DNA of 60,260 bases, counting the filler. It is 5 parts of 5 records of this genome, joined end to end, with 100 filler letters (N's around TTAATTAATTAA, not from the genome) between each part and the next. Parts side by side here need not be neighbours in the genome. Positions count along the whole stretch, not along the records: positions 18,330 to 45,199 come from DRR723986_14353; 4 more parts are not named here. One strand, given 5' to 3'. The notes beneath the pieces are model-generated. The model was not told the DNA's origin, made no database searches, and saw only the letters and a list, made by a program, of their open reading frames with translations. The position numbers and the translations under genes are program-made. Of the stretch, positions 20,973 through 30,164 are shown in pieces. Each line of letters opens with the position of its first letter. Positions within the stretch are counted from its first letter, which is position 1.

Positions 20973-21398
20973 ATGCACGATACGATTTCAATCCGAACGA
21001 CAGGGCAGGGTCTCTATGAGTTTACCCCGGCCATCCTGCGTTTCCTGTCGGGCGCGTCAGGCGGCGATGGGTTGCTGACCCTGTTCTGCCAGCACACATC
21101 CTGTTCGCTTCTCGTGCAGGAGAATGCCGATCCCGACGTGCAGGCAGATCTGAAGGCCTTCTTCCGCCGCCTCGTGCCGCCCGCGAACGATCCGTCCATG
21201 AGCTATCTGGAACACCGCACCGAAGGGCCGGATGACATGCCCGCCCACATCAAGGCGGCGCTGACGCAGACCTCGCTCTCCATTCCCGTCATCGGCGGCC
21301 GCATGTCCCTCGGTACCTGGCAGGGCCTCTACCTGTTCGAGCACCGCGACGCCCCGCACAACCGCCGGGTGGTGGCGCATCTACTGGAAACCGACTGA
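20973..21398 (+). CDS. yjbQ: YjbQ/UPF0047 family protein
   Basis: HTSCSL..QENADPDV, EGPDDMPAHIK and LGTWQGLYLFEHR. Confidence 0.92.
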   Translation: MHDTISIRTTGQGLYEFTPAILRFLSGASGGDGLLTLFCQHTSCSLLVQENADPDVQADLKAFFRRLVPPANDPSMSYLEHRTEGPDDMPAHIKAALTQTSLSIPVIGGRMSLGTWQGLYLFEHRDAPHNRRVVAHLLETD

Positions 21399-21539
21399 AC
21401 GGATCTCGGCGTCGGCAGCCTTGCGCTTCGCGTTTTCGCGCGCGGTGTGCGTGTGCTTTGCACCCTGACGTTTGTGCGGCTTGCATAGCAGGCAGCCCGA
21501 ACGGGTCGACTTCGGACCTTTGCGTTTGAAATTCGCCAT
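21381..21539 (-). CDS. Small basic 52-aa protein with a CxxC-xx-H motif
   Basis: SD AGGAGG 8 nt upstream of ATG 21539; sequence begins MANFKRKGPKSTRSGCLLCKPHKRQG. Confidence 0.65.
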   Translation of the reverse strand: MANFKRKGPKSTRSGCLLCKPHKRQGAKHTHTARENAKRKAADAEIRSVGFQ

Positions 21540-21601
21540 GAGGTAGGCCTCCTGCGGCCTTGGCATATCGTACGTGCCGGCGCCTGGCACAAGGTGCGTG
21601 G

Positions 21602-22648
21602 CTAAAATCCCGCAGGGACGGGCAGGCCGCTGGAAGACAGGCAGATCGCCTTGAAGCGTTCGCCCATGTCTTTCGGGTCGATCAGGCGCTGGGCGGCATT
21701 GAAGATGGCTTCGCCGTCGTCCGGGTTTGCCTTCACCAGCTGATTGAGGCGCGCCTGCGCGCCGAGGCCCAGAAGGAACATGCCCTGCGGGGCAGGCCCA
21801 GCGACGTCCAGCCCGGCCTTGGCGGACAAGCGTGCCAGTCGTCCGAAATCGACATCCACCGTAAGGTCGGACTCGCCGGGCAGCGCGAGCGGGCTTACCT
21901 GCTCACCATCCTTGTACGAACGAAGGCTGTCGCCCGGTGCAGTATCTGATGGGCCATAGTCGATGAACAGGGCCCGGAACGGGGCGTCACGGGTCACGAG
22001 GTCAGCGACCAGCAGGTCCATCCCCGTCTGGACTTCCACCACCGCGCTGGCGTCTGCGGCGCCTTCCGGGGCGGCCTGCTCGTCGGCGGCGAGGCCGAAC
22101 ACAAGTTCCCGCTTGTCATCGAGACCAATCACGCATTCGCGCCAGCTGGCGCCATCACGTCTGAACTGGCGCGCGGGCAGGCAGTCGAGATATTCGTTCG
22201 CGACCAGCAACATCGGCCCAGCCGGCACTTCAGCCAGGGTGGAGACGAACTCCGGCTGCGCTGCGGCGAGTGCTTCATTCTGGATTTCGCGCATGGCCGG
22301 GGCTGGCTCCACGAGGGTCACGCGCATCGCATTCGCGAAGTCTCCGCCGCCCGCCATCATGGCGAGGCGCAGCGCATCCTTCATCAGGACGCCGCGGCCG
22401 GGGCCGATCTCGACGATACGGATTTCCGCCGGCGACCCCATCGCCTTCCATTCGTGTACCAGCCACAGGCCGATCAGTTCCCCAAAAATCTGGCTGATCT
22501 CGGGCGCGGTAATGAAATCTTTCCCGATGCCGGGGCGCGTCGCGTAATAGCCCTGGCCCTTGTCGTGCAGACAGAGCTGCATATAGGTCGACACGGGTAT
22601 CGGGCCGCCAGTTTCGATCAGGCGGATCAGGCGTTCCTTCAGAGTCAC
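21602..22648 (-). CDS. SAM-dependent methyltransferase, MidA/NDUFAF7 family
   Basis: GYY, DFITAPEISQIFGE, EIGPGRG, ANEYLD and MGERFK; GTG start overlaps the lgt stop (GTGA). Confidence 0.9.
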   Translation of the reverse strand: MTLKERLIRLIETGGPIPVSTYMQLCLHDKGQGYYATRPGIGKDFITAPEISQIFGELIGLWLVHEWKAMGSPAEIRIVEIGPGRGVLMKDALRLAMMAGGGDFANAMRVTLVEPAPAMREIQNEALAAAQPEFVSTLAEVPAGPMLLVANEYLDCLPARQFRRDGASWRECVIGLDDKRELVFGLAADEQAAPEGAADASAVVEVQTGMDLLVADLVTRDAPFRALFIDYGPSDTAPGDSLRSYKDGEQVSPLALPGESDLTVDVDFGRLARLSAKAGLDVAGPAPQGMFLLGLGAQARLNQLVKANPDDGEAIFNAAQRLIDPKDMGERFKAICLSSSGLPVPAGF

Positions 22649-23601
22649 GCCGCGCTCGTGGGTTTCGACTTCAGCGCGTTCCAGACCAGCCATGCCCCGC
22701 CCAGCCACATGGGGATGGAGAGCAGCTGGCCCATGGTCAGCCATTCCGGCATGCCGTGGACGAAACTGTCCGGCATGCGGAAGTTTTCCACCACCGTACG
22801 GCCGAAGGCATACATCAGCAGGAACAGGCCCGCGACGAGGCCCGGCCGTTTCAGCGCGCCGAAGCGCCAGATCAGGATGGACAGCACGATCAGTGGGAGC
22901 CAGCCTTCCAGAGCCGACTCATAAAGCTGGCTCGGATAGCGCGCCGTTTCAAAGCCATTATAGACCCATTTGCCGGTGTCCCAGTTATAGGCTGGCGGTG
23001 TGGAACCCGGCACGATGCCTTCCGGGAATACCATGCCCCAGGACGAATCCGTGTGGCGGCCATAGAGTTCGGCATTGATGAAGTTGGCGAGCCGCACAAG
23101 GCCGATGCCGATCGGTGCCACGACGCCAGCGATGTCGCCGATGGAGAACAGGCTCACCTTTCGTGACCAGGCGAAATAGGTCAGCGCAATCGCCACACCC
23201 GAGATCCCTCCGTGGAACGACATGCCGCCATCCCAGATCCGCAGGATGGTGCCCGGATCGGCCATCAGCGCGTCGAACTGGTAGGGCACCATGTAGAAAA
23301 GGATGTAGCCGAGCCGGCCGCCAAGGATGATGCCCAGGATGATCCAGAACATGATGTCATCGAGCTGGTCCTTGGTCAGCGGGCTTTCCCCCCCGAACAG
23401 GGCCGGGCGCTTCAGCATCGCAGCGGCATACCACCAGGCGAGGCCGATGCCGGCCATATAGCCCAGCGCGTACCAGCGCAGATGGAACTTTCCGAGGCCG
23501 ATAAAACCGAAATCGATGGAGAAGAGCGCAGGGCTCATCTCGGGGAAGGAAAGGGCACCGGCGGCCAGGTGCGCCCCCAGCAGCGTCATCGTGTCGAACA
23601 T
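22645..23601 (-). CDS. lgt: Prolipoprotein diacylglyceryl transferase
   Basis: RWYAL, GGRLGY, GGMSFHGG, RLANFINAELYGR and YPSQLYE. Confidence 0.96.
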   Translation of the reverse strand: MFDTMTLLGAHLAAGALSFPEMSPALFSIDFGFIGLGKFHLRWYALGYMAGIGLAWWYAAAMLKRPALFGGESPLTKDQLDDIMFWIILGIILGGRLGYILFYMVPYQFDALMADPGTILRIWDGGMSFHGGISGVAIALTYFAWSRKVSLFSIGDIAGVVAPIGIGLVRLANFINAELYGRHTDSSWGMVFPEGIVPGSTPPAYNWDTGKWVYNGFETARYPSQLYESALEGWLPLIVLSILIWRFGALKRPGLVAGLFLLMYAFGRTVVENFRMPDSFVHGMPEWLTMGQLLSIPMWLGGAWLVWNALKSKPTSAA

Positions 23602-23690
23602 GCGGCCTCTTTTCCCTGTCTTGCCCCGGACCTATCTGTTACGGAAAGTGGCAGACAAGGCCAGCCACCCGCGCGCGAAGGAGTAGCCTC

Positions 23691-23948
23691 ATGGCGACGA
23701 CAAATCCACTGCTCGATGACATCGCAGGTCTGATGACCGGTGCGCTCGGGGCGGCCCGTACCGCGGGCGAAGAGGCCAAGACGGCGGCGCAGGCCCGGGT
23801 CCGCGCCATGATCGCAGATATGGACCTTGCCGGACGGGACGAAGTGGAAGCGCTTAAGGCGCTGGCCGTCTCCGCGCTGGAAAAGGTCGAGGCGCTCGAA
23901 AAGCGCGTGGCAGAGCTCGAGGCTGCCACAAATTCAGGCGACGACTGA
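23691..23948 (+). CDS. ubiK: Accessory factor UbiK/BMFP family
   Basis: 85-aa coiled coil with MDLAGRDEVE and LEKRVAELE; divergent from lgt, as is typical in Alphaproteobacteria. Confidence 0.75.
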   Translation: MATTNPLLDDIAGLMTGALGAARTAGEEAKTAAQARVRAMIADMDLAGRDEVEALKALAVSALEKVEALEKRVAELEAATNSGDD

Positions 23949-24078
23949 GTCCTGCTATTCCCGCAACTGTTGAAGCAGATGGACCTCGCCGCTGAGGGGC
24001 GTATGCATGGTCCATGCGTGGGGATAGCGCAGAGGGGCGAATCCTGTCCCGATACCCAAGTGTGCGAGGGGAGCGTAA

Positions 24079-24582
24079 ATGAGTGTCGGCCTGACCCGCA
24101 ATGAATACAACATGATCGATCCGCTGGAGCGGGTTGAACAGGCGCTGGAAGAAGGCGGCTGGCAGGCGGAGCGCGACGAAGAAGGTACGCTGCAGGCCGT
24201 CGCCGAGACCCGTTGGGGCGACCTTGGCGCCCTGTTTGCCTATCGCCCGGAACCGGCCGCAATCCATTTCTCCATGACGCTGGACGTGAAGCCGCAGACG
24301 GCGCGCCGCGCCCAGATCGCCGAACTGATCATGATGGCGAACGAACGCCTCTGGCTCGGCCATTTCGACTACTGGGCCGACGAAGGCGTGATCATTTTCC
24401 GCTATACGTTCCCGATGATGGACCGGGACGAGCCGACGCTGGGCGAAGTGCGCAGCGCAATGGCCGCCGCCGTCAGCGCTGTGGAGCGCTTCATTCCCGC
24501 ATTCAACTTCCTGATCTGGGCCGGAAAATCCCCGCGCGATGCCATCGATGCGGTGATGTTCGAAACCCACGGCGAAGCCTGA
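24079..24582 (+). CDS. YbjN-domain protein
   Basis: NERLWLGHFD, ERFIPAF..LIWAG and FETHGEA; lies upstream of proC. Confidence 0.8.
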   Translation: MSVGLTRNEYNMIDPLERVEQALEEGGWQAERDEEGTLQAVAETRWGDLGALFAYRPEPAAIHFSMTLDVKPQTARRAQIAELIMMANERLWLGHFDYWADEGVIIFRYTFPMMDRDEPTLGEVRSAMAAAVSAVERFIPAFNFLIWAGKSPRDAIDAVMFETHGEA

Positions 24583-24586
24583 GGCG

Positions 24587-25393
24587 ATGGCGGGGCAATC
24601 GATCGCCCTGATCGGGGCAGGCCGGATGGGCGCCGCGCTCGCCAGTGGCTGGCTGGCCGGGAAGGGCAAGCCGGATATACGCATTCAGGATCCCAAGCCC
24701 TCGGAAACCGTCGCTGCCTGGGCTGAGGCAGGCAAGGTTACGCTGAACCCCGATCCGGAGCCGGTCGACGTTCTGATCGTCGCGGTGAAACCGCAGGTCT
24801 TCCCGAAGATGGCTGACAGCCTGAAAGCCTGGATCGGGCCGGACACGCTGGTCATCTCGATCATGGCGGGGACGCGCATCAAGCAGCTGATCGAACGCCT
24901 GGACACCAAGTGGGTCATCCGGGTCATGCCAAACACGCCGGGCGCCATCGGTAAGGGCGTCTCAGTCATCGCCAAGTCCGATATAGTCATGGCGAAGCAG
25001 CTCGAAATCGCCGAGAATCTGCTGACCCCCCTCGGTGCTGTCATCGGTCCGGTCGACGAAAAACATATGTCGGTCGTTACCGGTCTCTCTGGCAGTGGCC
25101 CGGCCTATATCTTCCTTCTGGCCGAAGCCATGGCCGATGCTGCAATGGCAGAAGGTCTTCCGGCCGATCTGGCCGAGCAGCTCGCCGCGCTCACCATCGA
25201 AGGCGCTGCAGCCCTGATGGTGCAGTCGGACGAGCCGCCGAGCGCGCTCAGAAAAGCGGTCACCTCACCCGGCGGCACCACCCAGGCCGCTCTTGACATC
25301 CTCATGGATGAGGGTGGGATGCCCATACTGATGCGAAAGGCTATCCGCGCCGCCGCCAACCGCGACCGGGAGCTGTCTCGCGATACCGATTAG
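24587..25393 (+). CDS. proC: Pyrroline-5-carboxylate reductase
   Basis: GAGRMG, AVKPQ, RVMPNTP, SGSGPAY and VTSPGGTT. Confidence 0.96.
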   Translation: MAGQSIALIGAGRMGAALASGWLAGKGKPDIRIQDPKPSETVAAWAEAGKVTLNPDPEPVDVLIVAVKPQVFPKMADSLKAWIGPDTLVISIMAGTRIKQLIERLDTKWVIRVMPNTPGAIGKGVSVIAKSDIVMAKQLEIAENLLTPLGAVIGPVDEKHMSVVTGLSGSGPAYIFLLAEAMADAAMAEGLPADLAEQLAALTIEGAAALMVQSDEPPSALRKAVTSPGGTTQAALDILMDEGGMPILMRKAIRAAANRDRELSRDTD

Positions 25394-25408
25394 GAGACAG
25401 GCGGGACC

Positions 25409-26065
25409 ATGGAGGAGGAAACAGGCGACATCGTCGAGCTGGGCCTTCTCGCCGCGCTGCGCCTCGCTGAAGACACGCCATGGGGCGACATCACCCTCTC
25501 CGCCATTGCTGAAGAAGCCGGCCTGCCGCTGAGCGAGTTCTACGGCATCACGCGGGACGATCTCGCCAATGCCTTCGATGCATACTTTGACCGCGCCATG
25601 TCAGCTGAAGGCCCACCGGGCGGGGAGTCTCCGCGTGAACGTCTGTTCGACGTGATCATGCTGCGCTTCGAGGCGATGGAGGATTACCGCGCCGGTGCAG
25701 TTGCCCTGATGCGGGACCGCGAGCGGACGCCGCGCCTGCTGCTGCGCATGCCGTCGCATCGGGCTGCCAGCGCGCACTGGGCCCTCGCATCGGCCGGGCT
25801 GGACGATGACAGCGGCGCCCCGCTGGGCCTCAAGATCGCCGCCATTGCCTTCGTGATCGCGCAGACCGAGCGTGCCTGGCGCAAGGACAAGAATGGCGAT
25901 TTCGCCCTCACCATGGCTGCGCTGGACAAGGCCCTGCGCGCAGCCGAAGCGCGGATGCTGCGCCTGAAGAAATACATCCCAGGAAAATCAAAGAGCGGGC
26001 CGGACGAGCCCGACGATGCGGAGGAAACCCATGAGCCGACCCGGCCTCGACACCAATCCCCTTGA
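25409..26065 (+). CDS. TetR/AcrR-like protein
   Basis: HTH-like ITLSAIAEEAGLPLSEFY and RERLFDVIMLRFEA. Confidence 0.7.
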   Translation: MEEETGDIVELGLLAALRLAEDTPWGDITLSAIAEEAGLPLSEFYGITRDDLANAFDAYFDRAMSAEGPPGGESPRERLFDVIMLRFEAMEDYRAGAVALMRDRERTPRLLLRMPSHRAASAHWALASAGLDDDSGAPLGLKIAAIAFVIAQTERAWRKDKNGDFALTMAALDKALRAAEARMLRLKKYIPGKSKSGPDEPDDAEETHEPTRPRHQSP

Positions 26066-27116
26066 ACTGACGCCGGACTGGTTCAACCAGCTTTTCGAAG
26101 AAATTGGCATCGATGCGGAGGTTTCCAGCCTTACCGCGAAGTCGATCGGCACGGGCCAGATCGGCGAGAATGTCCGCTTTGTCTTCGACTATGCCCGCAA
26201 GGGCGACGGCGCGCCCGCGACGCTGGTCGGCAAGTTCCCATCGGACAATGAAGCCAGCCTGATGACGGCCAAGATGCTCGGCCACTATGAGCGCGAGGTG
26301 AACTTCTACCGCACCTTCCCGAAGGTGGCGGGGCGGATCACGCCAACGGCGCTCTATACCGATTATAACGCAGACACGAACCGGTTTGCCCTGATCATGG
26401 AAGACATGGCCCCGGCCGAGCAGGGCAACCAGCTGACAGGCTGCAGCGTGGCCGAAGCCGAACGCGCCATGGATGCCGCGGCGATCCTGCACGCGGCGCA
26501 CTGGAACGACGCCTCCCTCGATACGCACCCCTGGCTTCAGGGCAGCGCAGTGGCACCGGAGCCGGCCCTGACCATGGACGCGACAGTCGCGCTCTGGACC
26601 GGGTTCAAGGACCGCTACGGTCCCCAGCTCGCACAGGAAGACATCGACGTTGGCGACGCTTACACCGCTGCCTTGCCCAAGATGCAGGAAATCGAGCGGC
26701 CGGGTCCATTTGCGCTGACGCACAATGACTACCGTCTCGACAATATGCTGTTCGGCAAGCCGGGTTCACCGAAGCCGCTGGCAGTCGTCGATTGGCAGAC
26801 GGCCGGAAAAGGCGCGCCCGCCAGCGATGTGGCCTATTTCATCGGGGCAGGTCTGACGCGGGATGACAGGCCGAAGCACGAGCAGGCCTTGTTGCGGTAC
26901 TATCATGCCCGGCTTCAGGATGAGGGGGTCACGGATTACGGTTTCGATGCGCTCTATGACGACTATCGGTACACCTGCTTCTACGGCATGTCGGTGGCTT
27001 ATGGTGCGGCGATGCTGGTCAAGCAGACAGAGCGCGGCGACCAGATGTTCCTGACGATGCTGCGGCGCCACGCGGCGCAGGCGCGGGACAATAATGCTCT
27101 CGAATTGCTGCCCTGA
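26031..27116 (+). CDS. APH/EcKinase-like phosphotransferase
   Basis: REVNFY, HNDYRLDNMLF, VDWQ and DVAYF; SD GGAGG before ATG 26031. Confidence 0.85.
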   Translation: MSRPGLDTNPLELTPDWFNQLFEEIGIDAEVSSLTAKSIGTGQIGENVRFVFDYARKGDGAPATLVGKFPSDNEASLMTAKMLGHYEREVNFYRTFPKVAGRITPTALYTDYNADTNRFALIMEDMAPAEQGNQLTGCSVAEAERAMDAAAILHAAHWNDASLDTHPWLQGSAVAPEPALTMDATVALWTGFKDRYGPQLAQEDIDVGDAYTAALPKMQEIERPGPFALTHNDYRLDNMLFGKPGSPKPLAVVDWQTAGKGAPASDVAYFIGAGLTRDDRPKHEQALLRYYHARLQDEGVTDYGFDALYDDYRYTCFYGMSVAYGAAMLVKQTERGDQMFLTMLRRHAAQARDNNALELLP

Positions 27117-27322
27117 AGCCGCAGATTTTTCTCAATCGTGTAATGTTTCCTGCAGAGTCTCGCCCGGTGTGCCGGGCCGGAACAGGTTTCCAAACATCCT
27201 CCTAATGACCGCGCGTAAACTCTCATAACGGGTTACGCGTGGGCTTAAGGGGAAGTGCGTAGTGTCCATATTCCGGGCTCTCCAGAAGGAGTGTCCGCCC
27301 TCTATTGGAAAATGGTGTGGAT

Positions 27323-27595
27323 ATGGAACAGCAGAATGCAAAACCGATGAGCGTGAAAGGCCCGGATGGCCAGAAGCTCACCATGGCGGATCTCCCGTCG
27401 CCGAATATTTCCCGTTGGGTTACCCGTCGCAAGGCTGAAGTGGTTGCCGCCGTTGCCGGTGGTTTGATCAGCCGTAAGGCGGCTTGCGACCGCTACAATC
27501 TGACGGATGAAGAGTTCGAAGGCTGGGAGCGTCTTTACCTGCGTCACGGCGCCAAAGGCCTGCGCACCACCCGTCTGCAACAGTATCGTCGCTAG
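27323..27595 (+). CDS. sciP: CtrA inhibitor SciP (DUF1153)
   Basis: GPDG..LT.ADLP, RWVTRRKAEVVAAV.GGL and GLRTTRLQQYR. Confidence 0.93.
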   Translation: MEQQNAKPMSVKGPDGQKLTMADLPSPNISRWVTRRKAEVVAAVAGGLISRKAACDRYNLTDEEFEGWERLYLRHGAKGLRTTRLQQYRR

Positions 27596-27602
27596 GCCGC
27601 TG

Positions 27603-27618
27603 TTAAACCCAAATTTAC
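27603..27618 (+). promoter_or_regulatory. CtrA box upstream of the mini-fliF operon
   Basis: TTAA-ACCCAAA-TTTAC, one mismatch from TTAA-N7-TTAAC. There is an extra GTTAAC at 27628-27633 and GANTC sites at 27651 and 27669. Confidence 0.7.
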
Positions 27619-27677
27619 GGGCGCCCCGTTAACTCTGGCGAAAGCATCCGGAATCCTCCGGGTAGCGGGAGTCCAGT

Positions 27678-28340
27678 ATGGCGCACCTAGCAACCGGTAT
27701 CTCGCGCGGCGCGACGCCTTCCACACGGGCGCTCGCGTTCGCGGCATGTGCCGTGGCGCTGGGCCTGCTCGCATGGCGCGGCAGCGATATTGTCAGCCGT
27801 GCGCCAGCATCACCCGGTCCGCTTTCCCAGTCTGAAGCCTCTCTCCTGTCCGTCGCCGAGGCGATGGCGGGGCAGGGGCATGTCCGCATTTCTATCGTCC
27901 GCCATCCGGGCGCAATCCGGCAGGTCCTGTTGCTGCTCGACGACAAGGCCAGCGTGGATGACGGGATGCTCACCAACACAATTTCCATGGCAGCCGGGCT
28001 CGATGCGGCCAAAGGCGAGCGGGTGGATCTGCAGCGCGTTGCCTTTGCGCCCGGTGTAACGGGTGCGCCGCTGCCGCGTGACTGGGCCGAATTGTCCTTG
28101 CTGGCCTTGCTGGCTGGCCTCTTGGGCTGGATCGGATTGAAATCGGATCGAAGAGAAGAGACGCCTGTCGAACTGGTACAGGAAACACTTCCCGCCCGCA
28201 TGACGTCGCAGCCTGCTGAACCCGCCATCCGCCCTGCACCCTCGCACGATGACGATGCTGCTGATCTTGCCCGCCGGGATCCTGGCCGCGCCGCAGATGT
28301 CGTTCGCGCCTGGATGAGCGGCAATGGAGGCAATGCATGA
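27678..28340 (+). CDS. fliF: Highly reduced FliF (MS-ring)-like protein, 220 aa
   Basis: TM1; RBM3-like segments (EAMAGQGHVRISI and AAGLDAAKGERVDL...F); TM2; FliG-binding tail (RDPGRAADVVRAWM). It is directly upstream of fliG. Confidence 0.7.
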   Translation: MAHLATGISRGATPSTRALAFAACAVALGLLAWRGSDIVSRAPASPGPLSQSEASLLSVAEAMAGQGHVRISIVRHPGAIRQVLLLLDDKASVDDGMLTNTISMAAGLDAAKGERVDLQRVAFAPGVTGAPLPRDWAELSLLALLAGLLGWIGLKSDRREETPVELVQETLPARMTSQPAEPAIRPAPSHDDDAADLARRDPGRAADVVRAWMSGNGGNA

Positions 28341-29269
28341 GTGCGCTGACGATCGCCCACAAAGAGACAGCGGCAGATGGCCTGATGCGATCTGCACGCC
28401 TGATGCGGGCACTGGGTCCGGATGCGGCGCCGATCTGGGCGGAACTCTCGAAATCCGAAGTGCAGGCCCTCACCGCTGCCATGGATGCGCTCGGCCCATC
28501 AGCGGAAGGCGAATCCGAAGCAGTCTCGCAGTTCATGGCAGCACACCGGCGGCTGCGCGCTCCGGCCAATGCAGGCGCATCTGTCTGGCGCCGGCTATCG
28601 GACGCGGGCACCGAGACGCTGGCGGGTCTGTTTGCTGGCGAGCATCCGCAGACGGTCGCCCTGATCCTGTCGCGGCTGGAAGGGGAGGCATCTGCCCGCC
28701 TGTTGCGCGCATTGCCGCCAAAGCTTGCCATCGATGCGATGCAGCGCCTGCTGAACCTGGGGCCGGTCCATCCGGCGGCGCTTGCGGCTCTTGAGACCCG
28801 GCTCGACGCCGTCCTTGCGGCGAACGCCGGAAGTGGGCAGGCGACCGGTCACGAGCGCGTTGCCCGCATCTTCGACCGGCTCGACAGCCGGTCCGAAAAG
28901 ACATTCCTCGCCGCGCTCGATCATGCCGAACCGGGGGCAGGCGAGAAGGTGCGCGCGCTGATGTTCACTTTCGACGACCTGGCCAGCCTTGATGCGGCCG
29001 GCCTGCAGACACTCTTGTCGGCTGCAGATCGCGCGGCGCTCGTGGTGGCGCTGAAGGGGGCCCGTCCGGATACGGCCTCGGTCTTCTACGCGAACATGAC
29101 CCAGCGCGCGGGTGATCTGTTACGTGAGGAAATCGCAACGCTCGGCCCGGTCCGCCGCAGCGAGATTGAAGGCGCCCGTCAGGAACTAGTCGCGCTGGCC
29201 CGCACACTGATGCAGCGCGGCGATATTCGTGCCGATGGCACGGTGGAAGACGATGAGCTGGTCGACTGA
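28337..29269 (+). CDS. fliG: Flagellar motor switch protein FliG
   Basis: EHPQTVALILS, LMFTFDDL and torque helix NMTQRAGDLLREE..LGPVR. Confidence 0.92.
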   Translation: MSALTIAHKETAADGLMRSARLMRALGPDAAPIWAELSKSEVQALTAAMDALGPSAEGESEAVSQFMAAHRRLRAPANAGASVWRRLSDAGTETLAGLFAGEHPQTVALILSRLEGEASARLLRALPPKLAIDAMQRLLNLGPVHPAALAALETRLDAVLAANAGSGQATGHERVARIFDRLDSRSEKTFLAALDHAEPGAGEKVRALMFTFDDLASLDAAGLQTLLSAADRAALVVALKGARPDTASVFYANMTQRAGDLLREEIATLGPVRRSEIEGARQELVALARTLMQRGDIRADGTVEDDELVD

Positions 29270-29688
29270 TGCAGCGCGCCGTCAAATCCCTGCAGCCATT
29301 CGATTTCCGCAGCGATTTTACCCTGCAGCCGGAACCGGAACAGCCGGTCTTTCCGGTCGAGGAAAAGATCACACTGTCTGCACCGGACCTGGCCATGCTT
29401 CTGACTGAAGCGCGCGCCGAGGCCCATGCCGCTGCCATGTCTATGAGGCATGAAGAACAGAATGTGCGCCTACAGCAGCTGACAGAAAACCTGAAAGAGG
29501 CGCTCGCGAATCTGGTAACGCTGGCGGGGCATCTGGAAACCAGCGCCTATTCGGACGGTTTCCGGCAGTCCGCCCTGCGCCTCGTTACGGCAACGGCCCA
29601 GCGGATCGTCGACGGACAGGGCGATCTGTTTGCACAAAGCCGGGAATTCAGCCAGAATAACTGCCCGACCGAGAAGGATGGACCATGA
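29269..29688 (+). CDS. Short FliH/FlbE-like protein
   Basis: Lies between fliG and fliN; N-terminal PFDFRSDF resembles the FliH/FlbE N-terminus, followed by an alanine-rich helix EARAEA. Confidence 0.55.
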   Translation: MQRAVKSLQPFDFRSDFTLQPEPEQPVFPVEEKITLSAPDLAMLLTEARAEAHAAAMSMRHEEQNVRLQQLTENLKEALANLVTLAGHLETSAYSDGFRQSALRLVTATAQRIVDGQGDLFAQSREFSQNNCPTEKDGP

Positions 29689-29951
29689 CCCAGCCCGCCA
29701 ATCCTGCCTTGCAGAAGTCCCTGATGGACGTGCCCGTGCGTGTGGACGTGGTGCTGGGCGAAGTGCGCATGCCGATGGAAGAACTGGTGGCCATGTCGGC
29801 AGATGATGTCGTGGCGCTGGAGCGGCGGACGGACGAACCGGTCGAGATTTATGTCTCCGACCGGCTGATGGCCCGCGGGCGCCTCGTTGTTGCAGATGGG
29901 CAACTCGGGGTCACGCTTTCGGAGATCGTGGACTCCCGCGAAGCCGCTTAA
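29685..29951 (+). CDS. fliN: FliN (SpoA domain)
   Basis: DVPVRVDVVLG, EPVEIYV..RLMARG and LGVTLSEI. Confidence 0.88.
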   Translation: MTQPANPALQKSLMDVPVRVDVVLGEVRMPMEELVAMSADDVVALERRTDEPVEIYVSDRLMARGRLVVADGQLGVTLSEIVDSREAA

Positions 29952-29965
29952 CTGCGGGAAAACCC

Positions 29966-30093
29966 ATGGTTAACAATGCGTTGCGGGCCAGTGCATCCTG
30001 CACTGCAGGGATGGGCTGTCTGCGCCTCCCGAATTCGGCAATTCCTAACACCGAAGAGGAATTTGTTAACCTTTAGACGACACTAATGGTTAC
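29966..30093. promoter_or_regulatory. CtrA half-sites upstream of flhF
   Basis: ATGGTTAA (TTAACCAT on the minus strand) at 29966-29973, GTTAACCTT at 30065-30073 and ATGGTTAC at 30086-30093. Confidence 0.5.
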
Positions 30094-30164
30094 GGGAGAG
30101 TGTGGCCCGTTCGCGTCTGGGGCGCGGGGATGGCGGGTCTGTTCGAGAGTAAGGACGCCGCCGT

